Virus record (IMG/VR): IMGVR_UViG_3300024308_000006
Span: 931 to 64,930 of that record
Strand: one strand, 5' to 3'
From: a virus
Length of the DNA: 64,000 nt
The notes below the pieces were generated by a model. It saw only the letters and a list, made by a program, of their open reading frames with translations, did no database searches and was not told the DNA's origin. The translations under genes were made by a program, and so were the position numbers. How positions within the stretch are numbered: position 1 is the first letter of the stretch; the number at the start of each line of letters is the position of its first letter. Shown here piece by piece: positions 1-12,600 of the stretch.

Positions 1-319
1 CGTACTGTCCGGTGAAGTCGAGGTAAAGGTCATACTCGGCCTGGAACAACTTGACGCCAGGGATAGAGGCGCGAAATTGCTGCTCATCTTTGGCCATCAG
101 GTTGCGCGCCAGTTGTTCGGCGCGCTGCGGGGTGATCGGCTTGTCAGTGAGCTTTACCGGCGTGCCGTCCTCGTAGCGGGTGGAGCCGTGGCCAATGGTC
201 GGAACGTCGCCCACCGTCGGGATATAGGGTGTCGGGCTGTAGCCCTCGCTGGCCTTCCAGGCACCAAAGCCCGCTAGGCTGATTGTCAGCGCCGTGGCCA
301 GCACCCGCTGGCGGCTCAT
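1..319 (-). CDS. SAR-type endolysin (phage lysozyme-like), N-terminal part only; gene continues past the left edge
   Basis: Manual translation from ATG at 319: MSRQRVLATALTISLAGFGAWKASEGYSPTPYIPTVGDVPTIGHGSTRYEDGTPVKL... It has a weakly hydrophobic Gly/Ala-rich N-terminal helix followed by an EG..Y...GD.PTIGHG lysozyme-like motif. ATGA overlap with the holin stop. Absent from the ORF track because it is truncated. Confidence 0.72.
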   Translation of the reverse strand, partial: MSRQRVLATALTISLAGFGAWKASEGYSPTPYIPTVGDVPTIGHGSTRYEDGTPVKLTDKPITPQRAEQLARNLMAKDEQQFRASIPGVKLFQAEYDLYLDFTGQY

Positions 320-597
320 GCGTCGCAGCGCCCGCGCAAGGCTTCCATGCGCAACTGATGCTCACGCTCTTCGCGCCAGCGTCGCTCGTCTCGCTCAGCC
401 TGCTCGCGTTGGTCCCGGCGGCGCTGGAAGTACAGGTTGACGGCAAAGCCGGCCAAGGCAATCGCTACGCCGGCCCAGCCAATCCAGTTCACTGACATCA
501 GCCAGCCGGTGAAGCCGGCAGCGGCCCCCACCTGTGTGACCTTATTGGCGACTGCTGCGCCGACTACTTCATTTGCGATTCCAGCCCTGTCAGCCAT
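316..597 (-). CDS. holin (two TM helices plus charged tail)
   Basis: Start trimmed to ATG 597 (93 aa, MADRAGIANEVVGAAV...). Hydrophobic stretch AAAGFTGWLMSVNWIGWAGVAIALAGFAVNLYF, then an R/E-rich C-terminus. Lies directly upstream of the endolysin and is coupled to it. Confidence 0.65.
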   Translation of the reverse strand: MADRAGIANEVVGAAVANKVTQVGAAAGFTGWLMSVNWIGWAGVAIALAGFAVNLYFQRRRDQREQAERDERRWREEREHQLRMEALRGRCDA

Positions 598-668
598 GCG
601 GCCACCCTTTCCAAAGATGCTAGGGCGCCATGCCCTGGTCGTTGGCGTGGAGTCTTGGCCACCCTCCG

Positions 669-684
669 ATGGCGGCCAAGCTCT
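669..684 (-). promoter_or_regulatory. late intergenic palindromic motif, copy 1 (minus strand CCGACCCCTGTAGAGCT)
   Basis: Lies in the gap between the giant-gene stop (698) and the holin start (597). Same orientation and core (ACCCCTRTAGRGCT) as the copies at 17689, 36460 and 43755. Confidence 0.4.
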
Positions 685-697
685 ACAGGGGTCGGCC

Positions 698-3600
698 CTA
701 TTCCTCGATGGTGGCGCGCACCCTGGCGAAGTCCTCCCGCAGTTGCTGACGCATAGCGCGCGGCGCGGTGTCGGCGATACGCTGATCCTTCGACTTGCCC
801 ATTTCACGCACACGACGCATCACGTCCGGCACGCTGATGCGCATCGGCTGATCCGGGTTCTTGGCGTTCCAGTCAGCCACAGCCGCGCGCGCGTCCTGCA
901 CCTTGGCCGGGTCTTTCTCAAACACGCCCTGCGCCCACAGCGCGCGAATCTCCTGGGCGCGCATGTTGTAGAACGCCTTGCTGCGCTGCCCCAGCCAGTT
1001 GGCCTCCTGAATGGATGCCACGCTCTGCGGCTGGAAGCCCACCGCTTTCAGCGCTGCCTCCAGGGTGTTGGTGTCGAGCACCTTGTACCCTTTGTCGTCG
1101 CGGTACATGTCGGTGGCCGCCATATCTGCGCCCTTGGCCAGGTTCCGCACGGCAGTCGGCGAGACTTCCAGTAGGCCGCCTGCCAGATCACCGCTCGCAG
1201 CCTTGTGCGCGCCAGAAATCATGCGCTTGACCAGATCGCCGGCCGGGCCTGCAATCTCCAGCACGTCGCGGGAATGGTCGTCACGCTGCTGCAGCAGGCC
1301 GGTGCCAGGGATCAGGTTGCCCATACCCAGGCGGCCAGACACATCGAGCGGCGCGCCCGGCAAGCCGGTGACACCCTTGTCGATGAAGCGTGCGATGTCG
1401 TCGCCGAACACGTCGATCAGGAACTGCTCCTTGGCCTTCTGCGTGGAGAAGTTGTAACCGGCCAGCTGCGCCATCCCGTCGATCAGGTCTTCGGCGTCCT
1501 CGGCGAACGGCAGGCCGCCGGCGCCGCCCAGCAGCATCAAGGTGGCAATCATCAACAATGCAGCCTTGCGCCCGTCCTTGCGCTCTTGGCTGCCGGCCTC
1601 GCCCTGATTCCAAAGGCGCCCCATCAGTTCCAAGTAGGCCACCGAGTACGTCTTGAAGGTCATCAGCGTCGAGCCCACGGCACCGCGGCCCCAGCGCATT
1701 TTCGAGGCTTTCGAGTAGATGAACTGGGTTTCGCGCACGGCCAGGCGGGCAAAGGCGGCCGGGTCTGCGTTGCCTTGCGCCTTGGCGATCCGGTAGGCAG
1801 CTATGAAGGTCATGCGCCGGTTCACTTCCTCGGCTGCGCCGAACATCTTGCCCCAGGCCAGAGACAGGCGAGCCAACGAGTTGGATGCCAGCGCGCGGGC
1901 ATCGCCTGCTCGGGTGCCGTCTCCAGCGCGCAGGCCGCCCGTACCACTGGCCTGGGCCATCAGCTGGTGAACTTCCTGCGGGCTGACCGTGCCGTCTTCC
2001 TCGGCCAGGTGCAGCGCCTTGGCCAGGTCGGCTTCGTACCGGTAGCCCTTGGTCGCCATCTGCTTGGCGGCCTTGCTCAGCTCGCCGGCAGCCTGCTTGG
2101 CACCGCCATACTGGCTCAACCAGGGGAACGTCACCGCCACCGGCTGCGTCATGTTGACGAATGCCGAGGCCACCGAGCCGCCCAGGTACTGGGCGAACAG
2201 CAGGCCGCGCAGCGCTTGCGCTTCTTCCTGCGGGTTCTTGATGTAGTCAGCCAGGCGCACGGCGGCGTCTTTCAGCTCGCCCTGCCCCTGCGGGATCGCG
2301 TTGACCGCCTCCGACAGATCGCCCATGTTCAAGCCGGCGGCAGTCTGCCGGGCGTTGGAGTAGACGAACGACGCCAGCACGCGGCCCACGTCCTCGCTGT
2401 AACCGGCGATGCCCTGGCGGTGGATCAGGCGCTTCATCGCCGAGCGATTGGTCTTGGTCAGTTTCAGATAGTCCTGAAACACCTTGTCCCGCTCACTGTC
2501 ACCCGAAGAGTCGAGGCCCATCGCGTTACCGAAGAGCTCCAGGGTTTCCGGGGTGATACCGGCAAACAGCTTGAAGGCTTCTTCGGACAGGGTGCCCTGG
2601 CTGATGGTCGAGCCAGGGAAGGCGGCCTTCATCTGCTCGGCCATCAGGTTGGCTTCGCGCTTGGTTTCAAACAGGCTGAAATACTGGCGCTCGCCGTCCG
2701 CCCCCACCATGTCCACGGTGTACTTGCCGAAACGCGACAGCGGCGCGTAGCCCTCGGCCTGCAGCTGGGTGATCCGCTCGACGCGCTCGTTGATGCCCTG
2801 CGCCGTGTCCAGCAGGCTCATGGCTCGCTCAGGCTGGGCATCGGCCAACTGTGCCAGGTGATCACGCAGGATCAGGCCGGCTTCTTTCACATCGGCAGCA
2901 TCCATCACCTGCTCACGCAGACCTTTCACGTCCTCGCCACCGAAGCGCAGCATGTCGGCTCGTGCCATCGTGTCCAGGCTGCGGTTGGTGGCGCCGCGGA
3001 ACTCGCGGTACAGCTCGATCTGACCGTCAGTCAGGTGCCACATGGAGCGCAGCTCGGCATCCGTCCAGACAATGCCTGGCTTGAGCGACTGGGTTTCGTA
3101 GCGGCTATCCACCATCTTGGCGAACTGCTCGGCGCCCTGCCCGCGCCAGGCTGCCAGCATGCTTGCCGACAGCTTGCCCTGCTTGACCAGAATGTCCGCC
3201 TTCTGCTCGGCGGTCAGCCCCATCGCACGCTCGGCCAGGGAATCGACACGCACCGGCTTGCCGTCTTCATCGCGCGCCCACATCAGCGTGCCCTCGAAGA
3301 TCGGCGCGGAAATGGCCTTGTTGTCCTTGGCCTGCACTGGCGACTTGGCGATGTCGCGCCAGGTTTCCAGCTTCGGCAGCAGCTTCGGCGCCAACTCGGC
3401 GGCGTCACTGGCGTAGTGGCTCACGTCGTCGATGAAGCCCTGCGCCGCCTCGAACACCGGCTTGAAGTGCGGAGAGCGCTGCGCCAGGTTGTACATGGTG
3501 CCCACGGTCTTGTGCCACCACGACAGGCCGCCCGGTGCCGAGAAGGTGCGGTTGAGCTCCTGAGTGGCGCGGCTAGCGAAGTCACGCACGGCCGAGCGGC

Positions 3601-6600
3601 TAAAGCGGATGTCCGGGTCAAATTCGTCGAAGTCACCGTTGTTATCGGTGGCCGACTTGACCTGATAGTTGTTGAAGGCGATCCACACCGGAGTCCCTTT
3701 CAGGCGAATGCCGTCATACCCCTGCTGCTCCAGGCGCGTGCGCAGGCGGCGCGCTTCCAGCGGGCTTTCCACCTCCTGCGATTCCTCCACGCTCATCAGG
3801 TAGGGGTTCTGAATCGAGGCGTACAAGTCCATGACGCGGCCGTAGCCGGGCATGCCGTCGCTGGCTTTCTCCGCGTAGTTCTGCGCGGCGCGGCGGTCGG
3901 ACGACATAAAGATGCCCAGCGCCGACGTAGCATGGCCGGTCGCTGAGCCAGCTCGGCCCTGGTCAAACACGGTGAAGTCAGCAGCGGTGCCGTGGTACAG
4001 GTTCAGCGGTTGGCCGTCAGCGCCAACCACCTTGCTCTTGCCGAACCAGCGGCGGAAAGCCTCGGTGTCGGTCTGCGCGCCGCGTCGCTGCTTGGCTTCG
4101 CTATCGAAGGTCTGGCGCGGGCGACTGCCGTTGCGGATACCCTTGGAAATGACCTCAATCTCGCGCAGCAATTCGCGGCGGGTGATGATGCCTTTCTTGT
4201 AGCCGAACACCTTGCGCAGCAAGCGGGTCAGCAGGCTATACAGCAGGTCGGCGAGCTTTTCTTTGCCGCTGCGCTCACCTTCGGCCAGGCGCGCAAACAC
4301 TTCCTCGGCCTGTACGCTGTCGGATTTATCGCTGTATAGGCGTGAGATTTCAGACCACACCACTTTCAGGGTGGGGTCATCTTTACTGGCTAGGATTTTG
4401 TCGAGAAGAGCTTGCTTATCCGCTGGCGCAAACGTGTCCAGACCGTAGTGCCCGAGTAGTTCGTGACGAAGTGTCTCGACGGTATCGGCGACGGACGACA
4501 GATGATCGGCGGTAAGGGTAAATAGTCCTCGTCCGGGGTGGTAGGCGCCTTTGACGACTCCGATTTTGGCGATTGATCCTGGCCCGTAGAGTTCATCCTG
4601 CGTCTTCCTGATCCGGTAGCTGAGTTCGATGTGACCATTGTAGTCCGCCAGGAACCGCTCGGCAGCCGCGATAGCCTCGTCCAGGGTCAGCGGATTGGCC
4701 GGCGCCTTCCCCGTCACCACGCTGGATTGTGACAAACCGGCCGTTTCTACCGGCGACTGCCGGCTGAATAGCACCTCGTCCTTGCCCGCAAAGGCTTTGT
4801 CGTACTCGGCATAGAGCTGGTCAACCGCCTCCAGGCGCTGAAAACGGCTGTCTAGCCAGGTCGATAGCTTGTGCTCCAGCACGCCGTCGCCGGTTTTCTC
4901 ATACAGCGCCTTGAGCATCCCCTGCAGGAAATCCTCGTCCGCGCGGTTGTCGTTGTTCGCCGCGACCCGCGCCCGCACGGCCGCACGGCGCGCGCTGTCG
5001 GCGGTGATGCCCGAGGTGTCGGTGGCCGGCTTGTCGATCACCACCATGCGCGCGTTGACAGCAGTGTTGACCGGCAGCGCGGCATCCATAAAGGAGTTTT
5101 CCGGCAAGCGCTCGCTGGTCGCGCCCAGGTCATCTAGCCAGGCACGGAAGCCCTCGGCCGCCGAATTGCTCTGGAAGAATGCCCCCTCACCCATGATCGC
5201 CACCAGGCGCCCGCCAGGCTTGAGCAGGCTATAGGCGTGCTGGACGTGCTGAATATCCCGGCCCTTGCTGAAAGGTGGGTTCATCACGATGCGGTCGTAA
5301 CCGCTCCACGACCCGCGCTGCTCGATGCCGGTAAGCTCATCGCGGTCATACCAGCCGAGCATTTTGCCTTCACTGCCATCCTCGTTGATCGCGTGCAGGC
5401 TGGCGCGCCCGCTCCAGGCGGCACCGCCGTGCATGATGCCCTTGGTGCCGTCCGGCGCCTGGAAAATATCGCCGAAGGTGTAGAAGGTACGCGGCTGCAT
5501 AGCCATGAAGTCATCGCCGGCCAGGTGGTAGCCCTTGGCCTGGAGCAGTTCGCGGCGCTCACCGGACAGCTCAACCACGTCAGGCTCCACTCCAGTTTTC
5601 TCACGGATCGCGTCGGCAATATGGCCCATGCCGGCGGACGGCTCCAGCACCCCCATGCCTTCGGCAATCTCGGCCGCCTCCAGCATGGCATCCACCACCG
5701 CCTCACTGGTCGGGAAGAAGTCGAGGCCATCGCTGCGCCGGCCAATCATGGCCCGCTCCATCTGCTTGATCTTGTCCGGGGTCGCCATGGCCTGCTGCAA
5801 CTCGGCGAACTCGCGCAGGGCGGCCCGGTATTCGCTGCCGGTGTAGATGCCCATGCCTTCCAGGCGCTTGCGCTTGGCGTGGACGGTTTCGAGCTGCCAC
5901 GGCAGCTTGATCTTGCTGCCTGCGCGGCGGCCAACGGCCTCGACAATCTCGCGTCCGAAGTCGCCAGACAGGTCGATGCGCTTGTCGTCGCCCTGCCAGA
6001 CGCCTTGCTTCATCGCCTCGGACGGCGACAGCACGATGCGGTTCACGCCGCGTTTGAGCGGCAGCACGATGGCGCGGTCGCTCAGGTTGGCGCGGCGAAT
6101 GGCGCGTTCGGCGTCGTCGCGGCTGGCAAACTCGGCGAGCTGATCGCCACGGCCGAAGCGACTCACGCTCAGTAGGTTGTTCTTCGCCCACTCCACATAG
6201 GCGTCGCTCACGTCGTCGGCCACCTTGAGCAGGCGCTGCCCAAGGTTTTTAAGGCCGTCCACTTCGATCATCTGCCGGGCAATGCCGGCCAGGTCGGAGC
6301 GCATGCCGCCGTAGGTCGGGAAGGCCGAGTAATCGACCGTCTCGTCGTCAATAGGCTGGCCCCGGTGCCGCTCTTGGTCGGCATAGCTCGGGTACTTGGC
6401 GCGAATCTGCGCGTCCTTGGCGTTGCGCAGTTCGGCATTCAGGAACTCGACTTGCACCTTCTGACGCACAAGATCAAGGAACTTGGCTTTGCCGCTTTCA
6501 ATGGCGTCGGCGATGTTGCTCATGGTGCCCGCCAGCGCCTTGTTGGCGTTCGCGGCGCCCTCAGCGGCCGAAGCCATGCGCGCCCGGCGTGCGGTGTTGA

Positions 6601-9600
6601 CCTTGCGGTCACGCCCCAATTCTTCCTCGGCGCGCTCATTCAGCGCTGCGGCCATAGTGCGCAGGCGCTCAACGGCCGACTGGCTACGGTCATCCTCGAA
6701 GGCGTCGCGGCGTGCCTGGGCGACCTCCTGGGCGGCCGTTGTGTCACCGGCTACCAGTTTGCGGAACGCCTCGGCGGCCTCGCGGGTACGGAACTGGAAG
6801 CCAGGAATGGCACCATTGCCGCGATAACTGCTGTAGCTGCCGCCCATTCTCTTGGCCGAGCTGTTCAGGGTGTCGTAGTCGTCGCGGCTTACGCGCTCCT
6901 CCAGCTTGACGACGAACAGGTCATGCCCGTGCTTGGTGTGCTTGGTGGCAATCACCTCGCCGGCGGTGGTGTTGCCGGCACTGGCAATCTTGGTGCGCTG
7001 CTTGGCCTTGGCCTGGTCGCGCGCCTCGCGGGTGCTCTCGGCCTCCAGGGCGTCATAGCGGCGGCGTTGCTCGGGGGTCAGGCGTAGGTACGCCTCGCGG
7101 CGCGTCTCGGCGTGGCGCTCGGCGTTGTAGGTGATCGCACTGCGGAACTCGGCCAGGGTCTGCGGGTCGGTCAGCGCCTTCTGCGTGGCCTCCTTGCGCG
7201 ACTCGCGCTCTTTGCGCAGCTCGGCCACCTCGGCCGCGTACTGGCTCAAGGCGTCGGCGTCGGTGCCGGCCACCAGATCGCGCAGCGCCTGGGCCTTGGC
7301 CTGGCGGTGCGACTCCATGCCGGCCGCCGTCATCATGTAGCTGGTCGGGCCGTAGGACTTGCCCAGCGCGTACTCGTCCAGCATCGAGCGATACAAGGCT
7401 TCGACTACGCGGTCTTTCTTCTCGGACTTGTAGCGGTGGTAGAAGTGAACGCCGCCGGCGCGCAGCAGCTTCTCCTTGTTCATGCTGTTCAGCTCGGCCA
7501 GGATCACCTCGCGGTTGCCCTCGACCTGAGCGAAGGCTGCGCGGAATGCCTCGGCCTCGATCTTGCCGTCGCGCGCCTGCTCCATGGCATCCTCGTGCGC
7601 CTGCAACAGCGGCATCTTGCTGTCAGCCTTGGTCGGCGCCTGCTCTTGATCCTGCGCCTCCTGGGCGGCCTCGGTGGCGGCCTCGGCGCGCACGGCATTG
7701 ACCAGCTCGCGCACCCTGCGCTTGGATTCCGGCACGCTCTCGCCGCGCTTGCGGTCACGGAACAGTGCCGCCAGGTCGAACTTGTCGTCGAGCAGGGTGC
7801 TGCCATCTATAGGCTTGAGCTTGATGCTGGTCGGGTAGCCGTCGCGGCCCTTGTTCACGCCATCGAGCACGGCGGTCTTGGTGATCGCCACCGGCTCGCC
7901 GCCCTTCTTCCACGACAGGATTTTGCGCATTAACGTCAGATCGGCATCGCGCTCTTTCTGCGCCTTGTCCTCGCGGGCTTGGTCGGCTGCTGCCTGGTCG
8001 GCGGCTTTCTCGGCCTCGGTGCGCGCGTCGAGCGCGGCCTTGCGGGCCTTGTGCGTGTTCGCGCTCTGCCAGGCGGTGAAGGTTTCAATCGCGCGGTCGT
8101 AGGCGTTATTACGCTGGTTGGCCTGCTTGCCGTTCAGTCCAGACCGCCCCGCCACATGACCGCTGTAGGTGCCGGCCCGGACGCTCATCAGGCGGCGGTA
8201 GTTGGCCAGGTACTCGACACGCAGATCGGCGACCGCCTGAGCGACCGCCGCTTTCTGTGCGTCGGTGTGCGCTACGGCCAGGCCCGACTCGCGGGCGTCG
8301 TCGATGTAGCGCGCGTATTCCTCGGCATCGGCCTTGGCGCGGGCGCTGCCGCTGTGCGAGATACCCGAGTAGCTGTCAGCGGCCTCTTTCAGCGGGAAGT
8401 CGGCGGCGGCGTCATCTTGCGCGGCGTCGGCCGGCTGCGCCGTGGCGGCCTGCTCCACCTCGCGGATCAGGTCTGCCATGTCCTTGATACCGTGAATGGT
8501 CGGATGCTGGCCACGCCAGTTCCCGGTATTGGTCAGATACCAGCCGGGCATATCCTGACGAACAGTCCAGTCCTGCCCGTCAATGCTCACCACGTCACCC
8601 TCAAGGTACGGATTGAGCATGGACACGACGCGCGGATCGCGGCGCGACCCTGGGCGCTCCGCGCCGGCGCCCGTTGCCCTGGTGACGGAACCAAGCACCG
8701 GCTGATTGCGCAGCGCCTCGGTAGTCCGGTAGATCATCTGTTCGCGGGTCAGCGCATAGCTCAGCGGCTTGTCATCGGCCTTCTTCCACGGCGCCGGGAC
8801 GGTTTGATCGTCAGGGACGAACCGGGCAATGCCGTTACGCCCGCTCGCTTCGGGCAGCACATACAGATACAGCGGCGTCTGGTTGGTGAGCTGGACAGGT
8901 GTAATCGCGTTCACGGCATCGGTGGCCAGCATGCCAGATATGGCGCGGTAGGCGTCCGCCTTGCCCTCTCGCTGCTCCTTGGTCAGCGCGATGCCTTCCT
9001 GCGGCAGTTCGGTATGCCACATTTGCGGCGCCGCGTCGGCCTCCACCGGCTCGACCTTGCCCGCCGGCCCAGCTTTCAGTTCCCGAGCTTCCGGCAGGGT
9101 CGAATGGTTGCGCTCGCGCTCGCCTGGCTTATCGATCCACTCGCCGTCCTGCTTGACCACCGCTCGCACGGTGACGCTCCAATGGCCGTCCTTGTCCGGC
9201 GCCTGGTAGCTCACCACCCGGTCGAAGTTGCCGCCGTAACTGGGCACCACGTTGCCCGGCGCGAAGTAGTCGGCTACGGCCTGAGCCTTGGCCTCGGCCG
9301 CCTTCTCCATGACGCTGCGCTTGCTCTCGGGCTTGGCAGCCGGCGTGTCCGTCACCGCTTCCAGCTGAATGCGCCGAGCCGGGTGCTCGCTAAACCGCTT
9401 CTTGAACTTGATCGCCTGGTCTTGCGTCATCGGCTCGCCGAACGACAGGTACTCTTTAGCGCCGGTGCGTTCGTTGATAGCGACCACTTGGAAGCGCGCA
9501 GCGGCAGCGCCGCTCTCTGCCTTCACCTCTTTGGCGCGCTCGACCACGCTCTTGGGCTTCACCTCGGCCTTGCCGCTGGCCTGCATGTAGCCGCGAATCT

Positions 9601-12600
9601 CGGCCGGCGTGCGGGTATCCTCCTTCATGCTTATCGGACTGAGAATGCCGACCAGTTCGCCATTCAGCCGCACCTGCAAAGCGCTGTAGTCGCCGCGACT
9701 GTTCGGCTCGCCGGCGAAGAACTCCGCGCCCTTGAACTTGCTCAGGAAGTAGCGGACGTAATTCAGGTTCAGATAGACCGCAGGCTCGCCTTCCTTGCGG
9801 GAAAAAACGGCCTGCTTGCTGTCCTTGAGGTCGGGCCGATCATTGATCGCCAGCGGCTCCAGTTTCACGGCCGCGCGGCCGGCATTGGAGCCGGCCACCA
9901 CATTGGCCACCGCATTCTCGTTGATGGTCGTGCGCAGCCTGTCCATGCGCTCGGCCCAGCCTTTCAGGTGCGGCTCGCTGCCGGACAGGTCGATCAGGTG
10001 CCCACTGGCCGAATAGACCGTTTGCCCCTGGAAGGTGCCGGTCATCCAGTTAGTCACCTTGGCTGCGGTCGGCTTCACGCTCAGCTCGCGCAGGTCGGCG
10101 GCCTCGTAGCCGTCGCGCTTGGCCTGGGCCTCGGCTTCGGCGTCGGCCTTCTCCTTGGCCTCGGCATCCTTCACCAGCTGCTCGGCGGCGCGCTCGTTGG
10201 CGGCAGCGGTCTGGCGCATCTGCTGGATGGCATCGCGCGCTGTCTTGACCAGAGCCTCGTCAATGCCGAAGCGCTCCGCGTCGAAGGTGCGCGCGTCGTA
10301 CAAGGCCATATCCCGGTTGAAGCTCTCCAGCGCCTTCGCCGTGCGCTCGGCAAAGCGCTGGGCGCTGGCCAGGTCAGAAACGGCCGGCGGGTTGCTTCCT
10401 GGGTATGCGGTATCAACCTTGTACGGCTCTTTCACCAGGGCACGCCCCATCAGGCTCGCCAGGTCTTTGCCGGTGCCCTTCTCGACCTCTGCCATGAAGC
10501 CCATCACCGACTGCCAGCGGTTGTACACATCGGCCGGCTTCTCGCCGGTGGCGCCGGCGACTTTGGCGAAGGCGATCACCTCGGGCATTTCGCCGTGGCC
10601 TTCGCTGCGCAGTTGCTCAAAGCGGGCGGCCGGCGTGGCCGGCTCAGCATCGGCGCTTGCGCCAGTTGCGCCAGTTGCGCCAGTTGCGCCATTTGCGACA
10701 TTTGCGACAGCCCCCGCAGCGGCTGGCTCCAACTCGTCGCGCACCAGGGCGGCGGCATAGTCGTGCGCCGTCTTGCCCAGGTCGTAGTCGTTGACGTAGT
10801 AGACCGTTTTGCTGCCGGCCTGCTGCATGCGCTTTTCGTGCATGCGCTGCTCGGCCTCGGTCGCCCGGTTGAAGTCGCGGCGCGACATAGGCTTGATTCG
10901 CGGCTCTTGGCTGGTCGATACCGACAACTCGCCGGCGGCGTGCCACGCCTCGATATGCTCGCGCAGGGTTGCGGCCTTGCCGTCGATACGAATTTGCTTG
11001 TTCAGCGCCTTGATCGCCAGGGCGGCCACGTTGGGGGCCATATCCTTGACGTAGTTGTCCAGGCTCGGCGAGGTGGCGGCCGCTTTGGCGGCGGCTTCTG
11101 CTGCCTCTTGGTCGGCGCTGGCCTGGCCGCGGTTGCGCTGGCGGTATTCGACGTACCAGTCGAGGTCGGCGTCGGTGCGCTCTTCCGGCGGCGTGGCCTT
11201 GATTCGGGCCACACGCTCAGCGTCAGATTCCTGGGCCGGGGCTTCGGCCGCAGCTGGGGCGGCGTCCAGCTCAGCCAGCGCTTTGCGCACCTCGTCGGGG
11301 TTGTCCATACCCTCGATAGAGACGCCCTGGTCTTCCATGTTGTCGCGGGCGCCGTTGTACCAGCCGCGCAGGTACGGGCGAATCTTCTCCAGTGGCTGCC
11401 CCAGGTCATCGGCCATCAGGCGCGCGAACTCGGCGAAGCGGCGGGCGCTGGCTTCCAAGTGGAAGATGGCCAGCTCGGTGCCCATGGCCAGAATCTCGGG
11501 ATCGAGCCCGCTATTGAGCTGGGAACCGTTCAGCTTGGCGGCGAGCTTGGAGCGCAGCTCGGCGGCACGGTCGGCCGTGACCAGCTTGTTCTTGGCGCCG
11601 TACTCGTCGGTTTTTTTCTTCCGCTCGCCGACCGCCGCGCTCTCGGCGCCACCTGCCTGGCCCTGCCGCTTGCGCAGGGCTACAGCGCCCGGCTCGCGGC
11701 GCTGTGCTGCGCCAAGCAGGGCGTCGAAGGTGAAGATATTGCCGGTCAGTTGCTCAACCACGTCGGCCGGTACGTCGAAGCGCTTGCCCAGGTCGGTGAT
11801 TTCCGCATCTGACAGTCGGCGGCCTTGCTCAATGGCATGGTCGGCCATGGCTCGGGCTAGAGGCGCCAGCGAGCGGCCTTTGTAGCTGCCCTGAAACTCG
11901 TCGCCCAGCTTGCGCAGGTGCGCGGCGTATTCGTCGGCCTTGCGCTCGTCCACCTGCTCCGGAGTCTGCGCCGTCACTGGCGCTTGCGTCTTGACGCTCG
12001 CAGGTGCCGCCTCACTGCTGCTGTCGGTGGTCGAACTGGGGAACTCATGCGCCAACTTGACCAGCTCGCGGATCGGCGCGCCCAGGCTGATCACCTTCAC
12101 GTCCTCGCCCTTCTCGCGCGCAGCCAGCCACTGGTGATGGCCGTCCAGCACATGACCGTCCTGGGAAATCAGGATGGAGCGGTTGCCGCCCTCGAAGTCG
12201 CGGGCCTTGGCCACCTTGTCGCGGGAAAACTCGGCCTGTGTCGGCCTGAGCGCAGAGGCCGGGACGGTGCTCTCCTGATGCTGCACGCCTCGGGCATTGA
12301 GGAAGTTGACCATCGCCCCGCGATGCTCGGCCTTGATCTGCGGCATCTCGGCGCGCGGAATGCCCACGGTGCCAGAGCCAGGGTGGAAGGCATACCAGCC
12401 GCCGCCTGTGTCGCGGCTCTCATGCTCCTGGCGGGCTTTCATGCGTGCTTCCAGTGACTCGACATTGCTGTGCTGGTCGGCGTCATGGATGCCCATAGCC
12501 TCGGCCTGAGCCACCAGCTCGCGGCTCGGCCTTGCCAGCAGGCGCTTGTTCTCTTGCATGCGCTCTATGTGAGGGTCTTTCACAGCCGGCTCGGCAGCCA

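Noticed and set aside
1205-11812. Very long plus-strand ORFs antisense to the giant gene (1205-3946, 913 aa; 7979-11812, 1277 aa; others).
   Set aside because: Their translations are Arg/Gly/His/Leu/Ala-rich low-complexity strings typical of the antisense frame of high-GC coding DNA. They have no SD and no recognisable motifs, and lie fully inside a gene with clear domain content on the other strand.
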